In this document: positions 53,733-62,076 of the stretch, piece by piece
Layout: each line of letters begins with the position of its first letter
Position numbering within the stretch: position 1 is the first letter of the stretch
DNA from: Chloroflexota bacterium
GTDB lineage: Bacteria; Chloroflexota; Limnocylindria; Limnocylindrales; CSP1-4
DNA length: 62,614 nucleotides
Assembly: GCA_016781485.1 (NCBI GenBank)
Contig: JADDQH010000005.1
Coordinates: forward strand, 1 to 62,614
Direction: 5' to 3'
Notes under the pieces: model-generated
The model's input: the letters and a program-made list of their open reading frames with translations, nothing else
The model's database searches: none
What the model was told of the DNA's origin: nothing
Made by a program: the position numbers and the translations under genes

Positions 53733-55592
53733 TTGATGAAGAAAGGAACATCTGCGGCCGAGGGAGCAGCCGGGGGGACGCGAGCGGGGCCACGGATGCT
53801 CGCCGACGGACTATGGGACGCGCTCTGGCAGAATGGCCGGCCGATGACCCACGCGACGCGGCCCGAACCTGACGCAAGGCGGCCGGAGGCCGACCCGACG
53901 TGGCGAGAGGCCGATCCGACGCGGCGAGAGGCCGACCCGGCGCGGCCCGAGAGCGATGGGAGCGACCGCTCCGACTCCACGACCGACGTCGGCGGCCACG
54001 CGGCCGCTCCATCACCGACCGCCTCATCGCCGTCGGGATCCCCGTCCCCGACCGAGCCTTCGGCTTCGACTGCCCGGCCCTCGCCCTGGCGATCGGTAGG
54101 AGGCGATCCGGAGGGAACGGATGGACGGCGATCGCGGATCCCGGCCGCGGCAGCTCTGCTCACCGTCGTCGCGATCCTCGTCGCGGTCGCGGTCGTTGCG
54201 GTCTCGGCCTTCGGACAGCGTCCGGCGGACCCACCTTCGGCCGCGTCCTTCGCACCCTCGCCGTCGGCGGTCGCGGCAACGTCGGGATGCGGCAGCGGGC
54301 TGGCCGGTGGCGGGACGACCGGCGGCAGCACGGCCGGGTCCGACACTCCCGAGCGAGGACCGGGAGCGGCGGCACGCGCCGAGGATGCGGCGCCGGGGGA
54401 CTCTCCCAGCGTCGCACCCGGCGTCGCCGAGTCGCCGAACGCCGGAGAGTCGCCGTCGATCGCGGCGGAGATCGAGGAGCAGATCGTTGCCGTCGAACAG
54501 ACGGTCCCGGTGATCCGCAGGCTCGAGCCGACCCGTGCGGTTTCCCACCGGATCATCGACCCCTCGGCACTCTCGCGGGAGCTGGCCGCGATGTTCGAGA
54601 TGGACAACCCGCCCGAGCTCGTAGCCGCACAGGAGTCGCTGCTGAAGCGCCTGGGACTGCTGCCAGCCGAGGCGAACCTCGACACGGAGGTGCTCCAGCT
54701 GCTGACCGAACAGGTCGCCGCGTATTACCGGCCGGACACGAACGAGTTCGTGATCGTGAACCGGACGGGCCGGTTCGGCCCCGTCGACCGCGTCACCGTC
54801 GCCCACGAGTACACGCACGCCCTTCAGGACCAGAACTTCGACCTGGAGAAGGTGCAGGCGGCCGACCCCGGGGAGAGCGACCGTGGCCTCGCCCGGACCG
54901 CCCTCATCGAAGGCGACGCGACGTTGCTCATGTCCCTGTGGGCGCAAGCGAACCTGGACTTCGAGGAGCTCGGCGAGATCATGGGCCAGGCCCTCGACCC
55001 CGGCGTGCAGGCGACGCTCGCCGACGTCCCGCCGGTCCTCTGCCGCCAGCTCCTCTTTCCGTACCAGCAGGGCCTCACCTTCGCCCTCGAGCTGTTCAAC
55101 GGAGGTGGTTGGGATGCGATCAACGAGGCATATCGAGACCCGCCGGACACGACCGAGCAGATCCTTCACCCCGACAAGTACGCGAGCCGTGAGGCGGGTG
55201 TGGATGTGGTCCTCCCCGACCTGTCACGGCGGGTCGGCGCAGGGTGGCGACGAGCGCTCGACGACACGATGGGCGAGCTCTTCCTGCAGGTCTGGAGCGA
55301 ACAGGGGCAGGACATGCAGGCGGCGGCGGTGAGTGCGAGCGGGTGGGGAGGGGATCGGATCGCCATGTACGAGGGTCCCGGCGAGGCCTGGGCGATCACC
55401 TGGGACACGCGCTGGGACACGGCGGGGGACGCTTCCGAGTTCGCGGCCGCCGGGACGGCGGTCCTCGGGAAGCTCCCCGCCGGTGGCAGGATCGCCGGCA
55501 CGGGTGCTGGCGACCGCGTGACCATCCTGCTCGCGAACGACGACGTCACGCTGCGCCGGTTCGCCGACCTCTTCCTCGTTCCGCCGGGCTAG
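53733..55592 (+). CDS. membrane-anchored protein with C-terminal HExxH zinc-metallopeptidase-like domain
   Basis: Single TM segment (AAAALLTVVAILVAVAVVAVSAF), a low-complexity linker, then VAHEYTHALQDQ and EGDATLLM motifs. The start is uncertain. Confidence 0.7.
   Translation: MMKKGTSAAEGAAGGTRAGPRMLADGLWDALWQNGRPMTHATRPEPDARRPEADPTWREADPTRREADPARPESDGSDRSDSTTDVGGHAAAPSPTASSPSGSPSPTEPSASTARPSPWRSVGGDPEGTDGRRSRIPAAAALLTVVAILVAVAVVAVSAFGQRPADPPSAASFAPSPSAVAATSGCGSGLAGGGTTGGSTAGSDTPERGPGAAARAEDAAPGDSPSVAPGVAESPNAGESPSIAAEIEEQIVAVEQTVPVIRRLEPTRAVSHRIIDPSALSRELAAMFEMDNPPELVAAQESLLKRLGLLPAEANLDTEVLQLLTEQVAAYYRPDTNEFVIVNRTGRFGPVDRVTVAHEYTHALQDQNFDLEKVQAADPGESDRGLARTALIEGDATLLMSLWAQANLDFEELGEIMGQALDPGVQATLADVPPVLCRQLLFPYQQGLTFALELFNGGGWDAINEAYRDPPDTTEQILHPDKYASREAGVDVVLPDLSRRVGAGWRRALDDTMGELFLQVWSEQGQDMQAAAVSASGWGGDRIAMYEGPGEAWAITWDTRWDTAGDASEFAAAGTAVLGKLPAGGRIAGTGAGDRVTILLANDDVTLRRFADLFLVPPG
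53881..53943 (+). repeat. 3 x 21-bp tandem repeat (GGCGAGAGGCCGAYCCGRCGY)
   Basis: Read directly. Encodes (R)READP(T/A)(R/W) three times in the annotated frame. Confidence 0.8.
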
Positions 55593-55661
55593 CCCGAGTC
55601 GACCTCGCCCACCACTCATCGACGGTCGATCTCGTGGCGGCCCGCGCGATCGTCCGCGGAG

Positions 55662-57428
55662 CTACATGGACTCGGGAGCAGAGATCCCCAGCAGGGCGAG
55701 GGTGTTGGCGAGGGCGAGACGGGCCGCGTCCACGAGGGCGAGGCGGACGCCGGAAGTCCCGGGATCGGCGGGGTCGATCACGCGTCGGTCGCGGTAGAAC
55801 GCATGGAAGGTCGTGGCGAGCTGCGTCGCGTACGCAGTGACTCCCTGCGTTTCGTGTGCCGTCGCCGCGTCCTCGACGAGCTCCGGCAATCGAAGGATCT
55901 CCTTGGCCAGCCCGAGTGCCACGGGGTCGTCGGCCAGGCGACCCGCGACCGAGTCCGCCGGCGAAAGACCCGCCTCCTGCGCCTTTCGCAGGATCGAGCT
56001 GATGCGAGCGTGTGCGTACTGCACGTAGTAGACGGGGTTCTCGTTCGACTGCCGCTTCGCCAGCTCGATGTCGAAGTCGATGCCGCTTGTGTGTGCACGC
56101 GCCGCGAAATACCAACGCGCGGCATCGGCGCCGATCTCGGCCAGCAGCTCGTCGAGCGTGATGAACTCGCCTGACCGCTTGGACATCGAGATCTCCTGTC
56201 CGTCCCGGACGAACCGGACCCACGCGACGAGCAGCACCTCGACGGCGTCCCTGCCGTAGCCCATCGCCTCCGCTGCGTTCCGCAGCCGGGCCACGGTCCC
56301 GTGGTGATCGGCGCCCCAGACGTAGATCAGCCGATCGAAGCCGCGGCTGAACTTCTCCTCCAGGTAGCCGATGTCCTTCCCGAAGTAGGTCAGCTCCCCG
56401 TTCGAGCGGCGAACGACGCGGTCCTTGTCGTCGCCGAACGCGGTCGAGCGGAACCAGAGCGCTCGCTCGGACTCGTAGACGTGTCCGCCCTCACGCAGCC
56501 GCTCGATCGAGCGGTCGATCCAGCCTTCCCGCTCGATCCCTGTCTCGGTGCGCCACACGTCGAAGCGGACCCCTAGCCGGCCCAGGCTCGACTCGATCCC
56601 CGCGCGCACGCGTTCACTCGCCCACACGCCGATGACCCACGCGCCATCCGCCTCGTCGGACACGGCGCGCGCCCAGATCTCCTCCGGTACCTCCCGCGCG
56701 AGGTCGCTGACGTACTCGCCCCGGTAACCGTCCTCCGGAACAGGCTCTCCCAGCCGAACGCGGCGCACCGACTCGCCCAGGTTCCGCACCTGGGTGCCCG
56801 CGTCGTTGAAGTAATACTCGCGGGTGACGTCGTGGCCGGCGGCCTCGAGGACCCGGCAGAGGAGGTCGCCCACGAACGCGCCCCGCGCGTTGCCGATGTG
56901 CAGCGGTCCCGTGGGATTCGCGGACACGAATTCCACGTTGATGCGTTGCGGTCGTTGCGCCTCCACGCGTCCGAAGCTCGAGCCCACCTGTGTCGCCGCG
57001 TCGATCGAGGCCTCCACGTATCCGGGTGCAAGGCGGAGATTGAGGAAACCGGGGGCCGCAACGGTCGGGTCCGCGATGGCAGATCCCGTCTCCTCGCTCA
57101 TGCTTGCGGCGAGGGAGTCGCGGAGCGCCGCGGCGATCTCCAGCGGGGGGCGGCGGAGCGGTCGCGCCAGCTTGAGGGCGAGGTTGGTCGAGAGGTCGCC
57201 ATGGTCCGGGTTCGCGGGACGTACGACCTCGATCGCCGTGGCGGCCGACTCCGGCGGGAGCGCAGGCAGCCGTCCGTCGTCCACCGCCTGCGCCCACGCG
57301 CGCTCGAGTGCGCGGCGCGTCGCTGTCCGTGCAGACTCGACGCCGGGCACGCGTGTCTCAGGTCCCTCGGTCACTGCCACTCCCCGTCTCCTGGAACTCG
57401 CCGAAGTATCCGTGATGTCGTCGCGCAT
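55662..57428 (-). CDS. argS: arginine--tRNA ligase
   Basis: HGDLSTNLAL, ANPTGPLHIGNARG (HIGH) and MSKRSG (KMSKS) motifs. The start may be internal. Confidence 0.95.
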   Translation of the reverse strand: MRDDITDTSASSRRRGVAVTEGPETRVPGVESARTATRRALERAWAQAVDDGRLPALPPESAATAIEVVRPANPDHGDLSTNLALKLARPLRRPPLEIAAALRDSLAASMSEETGSAIADPTVAAPGFLNLRLAPGYVEASIDAATQVGSSFGRVEAQRPQRINVEFVSANPTGPLHIGNARGAFVGDLLCRVLEAAGHDVTREYYFNDAGTQVRNLGESVRRVRLGEPVPEDGYRGEYVSDLAREVPEEIWARAVSDEADGAWVIGVWASERVRAGIESSLGRLGVRFDVWRTETGIEREGWIDRSIERLREGGHVYESERALWFRSTAFGDDKDRVVRRSNGELTYFGKDIGYLEEKFSRGFDRLIYVWGADHHGTVARLRNAAEAMGYGRDAVEVLLVAWVRFVRDGQEISMSKRSGEFITLDELLAEIGADAARWYFAARAHTSGIDFDIELAKRQSNENPVYYVQYAHARISSILRKAQEAGLSPADSVAGRLADDPVALGLAKEILRLPELVEDAATAHETQGVTAYATQLATTFHAFYRDRRVIDPADPGTSGVRLALVDAARLALANTLALLGISAPESM

Positions 57429-57565
57429 CGAGTCTGCTTAGTACCTTCGTGCCCTTGCCCGCCGCCAGTCGCGGCGGCAACGTTCCTCCTCGCCACCGAC
57501 GTGCGCTGCTCGTCGTGGCAGCGGTGTCCGCCGGGGTCCGGCGCGCGTCACCGCGTGGAGGGAGC

Positions 57566-58492
57566 ATGGCGAGCAGGACGGACAAGAAGCAGAGCGACGA
57601 TCGGCGGGCGCGAGGACAGAGCCTCGTCGAGTTCGCGCTGATCCTGCCTGTCTTCATCTTGCTGTTCGCGATCGCCCTGGACCTGGGCCGCCTGTTCTAC
57701 GCGCAGATAACCATCACCAACGCGGCTCGCGAAGGGGCGCTGCAGGCGGGCGAGGATCCTCAGTCATACACGGGCGGTGCGTGCGACCCTGAGACGAACC
57801 TCGTCGTATGCCGCGTGGTGATGGAGTCGCGCGGCTCCTTCCTGACGATCGACCCCGCCGACGTCAGCATGTACTGCAGCCCCTCGTGCGCTCGCAGCCT
57901 CGGCAACCTGGCTGTCGTCTCCGCCCACGGCAGGTTCACGTTCGTCACCCCGATCTTCGAGCCGATCTTCGGGAGTACGACCATCCCTCTGACGGCGACC
58001 GCACGCGCCCAGATCCACACGTATCCACTCCTTGCGGCGCCTTCCGCCGACCTGGCCACCCTGGCTCCGCCGCCACCGACCGCGACGCCGGAGCCGACTC
58101 CAGCCGCGACGCCGGAGCCCACGCCCACGCTGACGCCGGAGCCCACGCCAGACGACGGTAGTGGTGGCGGTTCGGCGTCACCGACGCCCTCGCCGACCGA
58201 CGACGGCAGCGGGGGTGGTTCGACGTCACCCTCCCCCGAGCCGACGGCCTCACCGACGCCGACCCCGTTCCCGTACGACTGCACGCAGGCGGATGGCACG
58301 CCAGGCGTCATCCCGCCCAACGTCATCGGCCTCAGCGTCAATATCGGTGAGGCGGAGATGCGTGCGAAGGAGTTCGTGCCCAACGGATCGGCGGTCTCGA
58401 AGGGGCCATCGGGGGTGATCCAGGCGCAGAGCCCCGATCACACCGTGTGTGCCGCCCGCGGCTCCACGATCGAGTACGTGTACACGCCGTGA
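57566..58492 (+). CDS. TadE-like pseudopilin with Pro/Thr-rich linker and C-terminal PASTA-like domain
   Basis: GQSLVEFALILPVFILLFAIALDLGR is the TadE N-terminal motif. The linker has TPEPTP x3 and DDGSGGGS x2. The C-terminus IPPNVIGLSVNIGEAEMRAKEFVPNGSAV...GVIQAQSPD...GSTIEYVY is PASTA-like. GGAGGGAG lies upstream of ATG 57566. Confidence 0.8.
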   Translation: MASRTDKKQSDDRRARGQSLVEFALILPVFILLFAIALDLGRLFYAQITITNAAREGALQAGEDPQSYTGGACDPETNLVVCRVVMESRGSFLTIDPADVSMYCSPSCARSLGNLAVVSAHGRFTFVTPIFEPIFGSTTIPLTATARAQIHTYPLLAAPSADLATLAPPPPTATPEPTPAATPEPTPTLTPEPTPDDGSGGGSASPTPSPTDDGSGGGSTSPSPEPTASPTPTPFPYDCTQADGTPGVIPPNVIGLSVNIGEAEMRAKEFVPNGSAVSKGPSGVIQAQSPDHTVCAARGSTIEYVYTP

Positions 58493-58953
58493 GCTATCGG
58501 ACGCGGATCGGGGTCGGCCCTGTCCTCCGCCGGCGGTGGGCGCGGTCGCAGCGTGGGCAGGCGCTCGTCGAGTTCACGCTCGTGATCATCCCGTTCCTGC
58601 TGCTGCTGTTCGCGATGCTCGACCTCGGGCGCGGCATCTACACCTACAACGCAGTCTCGCAGGCCGCGCGGGAGATGGCGCGGTCGATGACCTCGCACGA
58701 GAGCTGTTGCGACACAGGGTCGAGCACCGAGGCGCAGGAGATCCGCGAGGCGCAGAAGAGGACCGTGCCCGGCCTCGCCGACTCTGGCATCTCCGTGGCC
58801 TGCGTCGACATCAACGACGCAGCCGTCGCACGGTGCCGGCCGGGCGACTACGCGCGCGTCAGGGTGACCGTCAGCTTCTCGCCGGTGACGCCGCTGCTGG
58901 GTCTCGTCGGCCCGATCGAGCTCAGTTCTACAGCCCGTCAGCAGTACACGTGA
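58489..58953 (+). CDS. TadE-like pseudopilin
   Basis: GQALVEFTLVIIPFLLLLFAMLDLGRGIYTYNAVSQAAREMAR. GTG 58489 overlaps the previous stop (GTGA). Confidence 0.8.
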   Translation: MSYRTRIGVGPVLRRRWARSQRGQALVEFTLVIIPFLLLLFAMLDLGRGIYTYNAVSQAAREMARSMTSHESCCDTGSSTEAQEIREAQKRTVPGLADSGISVACVDINDAAVARCRPGDYARVRVTVSFSPVTPLLGLVGPIELSSTARQQYT

Positions 58954-58988
58954 TCACGCCCACGCGGATCAGGAAGCGAGGACAGTCG

Positions 58989-59951
58989 ATGCACTCAAGG
59001 ACACGGCCGATGCCGATGGGACACCGTCGTGGAGAGCGCAGCGGCGAGTCAGGTCAGGCGCTCGTCATCTTCGTCATCGCCCTCGTCGTCATCATCGGCA
59101 TGACCGGCCTCATCGTTGACGGCGGCAGCGCCTTCGTGCAACGCCGCGCGGAGCAGAACGCCGCCGACGCCGCGGCGATGGCGGGCGCAACCGCCTATCT
59201 CGCCACGCTCGGGACCGTCGGCGCGAAGCAGGCCGCCGCGCAGCAGTTCGCCAGCCGGACCGCCGCGGCCAATGGCTATCCGGACGTCAGTGTCACGTTC
59301 CCCCGGGCGAACGAGATCGCGGTGACCGTCAACGGGACCCACACGAACTATTTCTCGGGGCTCCTGGGCCAGTCCTCGTGGCCCGTCACCGCTTCCGCGT
59401 CGGCGCAAGCAGGTGTTCCCAACGCGGCCATGAACGCGATGCCCATCCTGTTCAACGAGAAGGCGTTCGTCGCCGGGTTGCCGATCGCGAGAGAGGCGCC
59501 GGGGGAGTTCTTCCAGCCGCCCGCGCAACCGAACCCGTGCCCTACCAAGGACGTCCCCTGTGACGCCACGACGTTCAACTGGACCGTCTTCTGCATGGCG
59601 CAGTCTGGGTGCGTCGGCAACACGAGCGACGTCGCCGGATACATCCGGCAGCAGGGATACGACACGACGGTCACGGTCGGCGCCGACATCGGCCCCTTGA
59701 ACGCCGGCAAGCACACCGACCTCTACGAAGAGGTGAAGGTGTGGGAAGGCGAAGAGTTCCCGGTGGGGATCGTGGACGACGAGGGGAACCTGGTCGGCTG
59801 GGCCCTGTTCCATATCTCCTACGCCGACAAGGGCGCGAAGGCGATCCAGGGCTATTTCGTGGGGCCGGTGGAGTCGAATGACCTGATGATCGTGAACAGC
59901 GGGTCAGCCGGCAAGGACTTCGGCGCGTACGCGATCCGGCTTACGGACTGA
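58989..59951 (+). CDS. TadG-like (Tad_N) pilus-associated protein
   Basis: GQALVIFVIALVVIIGMTGLIVDGGSAFVQRRAEQNAADAAAMAGA is the Tad_N motif. Confidence 0.75.
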   Translation: MHSRTRPMPMGHRRGERSGESGQALVIFVIALVVIIGMTGLIVDGGSAFVQRRAEQNAADAAAMAGATAYLATLGTVGAKQAAAQQFASRTAAANGYPDVSVTFPRANEIAVTVNGTHTNYFSGLLGQSSWPVTASASAQAGVPNAAMNAMPILFNEKAFVAGLPIAREAPGEFFQPPAQPNPCPTKDVPCDATTFNWTVFCMAQSGCVGNTSDVAGYIRQQGYDTTVTVGADIGPLNAGKHTDLYEEVKVWEGEEFPVGIVDDEGNLVGWALFHISYADKGAKAIQGYFVGPVESNDLMIVNSGSAGKDFGAYAIRLTD

Positions 59952-59978
59952 CGGGATCGGAGCCGGCTGCAGCCCCGG

Positions 59979-60761
59979 TCAGTCGACCGAGAGCTGAAGC
60001 CCGGGGGCCGCGACACAGATCCTCCCGTCGAACTCGCCTCGGGCCGCCTCGAGTGCCGCCTCGAGGTCGACGGTGTCGAGCATGTGGGTCAGCACCAGCC
60101 GGGACGCGCCGCCCTCGCGAGCCGCCCAGCCGGCCTGTGTCGCGGTCATGTGAGCGGCCTCGGGAACGGGTTCGGCGACGCCCCATGTCGCCTCGCACAG
60201 CAACGTGTCGCCGGGGCGGATCAGCGGCAGAAGGTCGCCGGGCTTTCCGCAGTCGCCCGAGAACACCAGGCCCGGCGTGCCGGGTGATCCACGCGGCTCG
60301 ACACGGAACGCGAAGCTGTTCTCTATATGCGTCACCCGTTGCGCGGTCACGGCGAACCGTCCCACCTCCCGGGTCCCCTCGCCAAGCTCTTCGCCGGGCA
60401 TGCCACCGAGGAAGTCGGCCTCGCCGAGCAACTGGTCGTACCGCCTCCGAAGGTCGGGCGGTGCGTGGAGGGGGACCGCCGCCGGCGGCTGGCAGGCGTA
60501 CCGCAGGTAGTGACGCATGGGCACCAGGTCGATGTGGTGGTCCGGGTGAAGATGGCTGATGAAGACCGCGGCCAGCGATTCGGGTGCGCGTCGTGCGCCG
60601 AGAGCGGCGAACGAGCCGTGGCCGAGGTCGAGGACCAGCGCGTCCGCGCCCAGCTCGACGAGGTAACAGGAAGAGGCGTGGCCCGCGCGACGCGTGTACG
60701 CCGGCGCTGAAGCGACGACCGTCAGGCGTAGCACGTCCCCGGATCGGCCGCCCTCGCCCAC
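59979..60761 (-). CDS. MBL-fold metallo-hydrolase (RNase Z/PhnP-like)
   Basis: SCYLVELG...LVLDLGHG and FISHLHPDHHIDL (HxHxDH). Confidence 0.85.
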   Translation of the reverse strand: MGEGGRSGDVLRLTVVASAPAYTRRAGHASSCYLVELGADALVLDLGHGSFAALGARRAPESLAAVFISHLHPDHHIDLVPMRHYLRYACQPPAAVPLHAPPDLRRRYDQLLGEADFLGGMPGEELGEGTREVGRFAVTAQRVTHIENSFAFRVEPRGSPGTPGLVFSGDCGKPGDLLPLIRPGDTLLCEATWGVAEPVPEAAHMTATQAGWAAREGGASRLVLTHMLDTVDLEAALEAARGEFDGRICVAAPGLQLSVD

Positions 60762-60768
60762 GACCCCC

Positions 60769-61626
60769 CTACGTTCCGTCGACCTGCGTCGCGGACAGGG
60801 ACCGGGCCGGAAGTGGGATCTCGATGCGCCCGGCTCCTCGTCGAAAGCTGAGCGACTGCATCCCCGCGGCCTCGATGTACGCGTACGCCTCGGGAAGTCC
60901 CGACCCGAACGTGTGGGCGCGGTGCGCGTCGGACCCCACCGTCACGCGAGTACCGCCCAGCTGACGGAAGCGTTCGACGACGACGGGTGGTGGATACGAC
61001 TCACGGGGCCCCTGGCGCAGCCCCGAGCTGTTGACCTCGAGTGCCGTCCCGGTCTCGATGAGGGCGACCAAGAGCCGGTCGTAGAGGTCTCCGTGCTCCT
61101 CGTACGGGAACGGCCCCAGGTGATCGAGCAGGTACCGCTTCACGACATCGAGGTGTGCGAACGCGTCGAACAGCTCGCTCCGGATCGCCGCCTCCGCCTC
61201 CTCCCAGTACCACTCACTTGCTTCTCGGTGTGTCTTTCCGGCACACCAGATCCCCGCCTCGTCGTACCGCCCCAGCGGATGCCGTGGCGTGAGGTGGATG
61301 GAGCCGAGCACGAAGTCGTAGGGGTGCGTGGCCAGGTACGCACGGATCGTGGGCTCGAGCCGGCGTTCGTAGGAGAGCTCGACCCCGAACCGAATCAGCG
61401 GACGCCCCTGCCAGCGCTCGGCCGCCTCCCGTACGACCCGCTCGCGCCGCGCGTATTCCTCCACGGAATAGAAGGCGTCCTGCGGGTCGAAGTCGAGGTG
61501 ATCCGTGATCGCCAGCTCTGCCAGACCCTGCTCGCGCGCAAGCGCCGCAAAGACGTCGATGGGAACGTCCGAGTCATGCGAAAGATCGGTGTGGAGATGC
61601 GCATCGAGGGGCAGGTCGAGCGGCAT
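60769..61626 (-). CDS. PHP-domain histidinol-phosphatase family protein (HisJ/HisK type)
   Basis: LDAHLHTDLSHDS, LAITDHLDF, GSIH, FAHLD and GSDAH metal-ligand pattern. Confidence 0.85.
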   Translation of the reverse strand: MPLDLPLDAHLHTDLSHDSDVPIDVFAALAREQGLAELAITDHLDFDPQDAFYSVEEYARRERVVREAAERWQGRPLIRFGVELSYERRLEPTIRAYLATHPYDFVLGSIHLTPRHPLGRYDEAGIWCAGKTHREASEWYWEEAEAAIRSELFDAFAHLDVVKRYLLDHLGPFPYEEHGDLYDRLLVALIETGTALEVNSSGLRQGPRESYPPPVVVERFRQLGGTRVTVGSDAHRAHTFGSGLPEAYAYIEAAGMQSLSFRRGAGRIEIPLPARSLSATQVDGT

Positions 61627-61861
61627 GTAAAAAGGCTAGCGACTCCGCGCCCCCGGCGATGAGTCGCCCGACCCGTCGTATGCACTCCCGTCTTGGTGGA
61701 CCACCGGCGTAGATCCGCTGGGAAGCGACGCCGCCGGTTCGCCGCGTCCGGTGTCTTGTTGACTTCCAGCACCTCCGTTGTCTTTTTGAGCGATCCGTAT
61801 TGACTTTTCGTACGATAGGTAGAAAGTACTACCGCTGTACCGGTACCATCGGTGCAGGCCG

Positions 61862-62041
61862 CGCGTGCCGAGGGCGGGCACGCGTCACGCAGTGGTTCGC
61901 GCCGGGGGGCGCGGCCCCGTCACTGCCTAGTGGGCCGCGCCGAGGGCGGGCGCAACCCAAGACTGCTCACCGGGCGCGCCGAGGGCGGGCGCGTTTCGGG
62001 GCCCAAGTGCCCTGCGGGGCCGCGCCGAGGGCGGGCGCGGC
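61862..62041 (+). repeat. array of 4 hairpins with invariant loop GAGGGCG, plus one degenerate copy
   Basis: Stem-loops at 61862-61884, 61932-61958, 61972-61996 and 62019-62041. Degenerate copy at 61898-61913. Stems differ but stay complementary. Confidence 0.75.
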
Positions 62042-62076
62042 TCGACCCCCAGTCGCCCCGACGGAGTGCAACATCG

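Noticed and set aside
61857-62041. CRISPR array interpretation of the GAGGGCG hairpin repeats.
   Set aside because: The repeat units are only about 20-25 nt with non-identical stems. The spacers are short and irregular (about 10-25 nt). There are only 4-5 units and no cas genes in the window.
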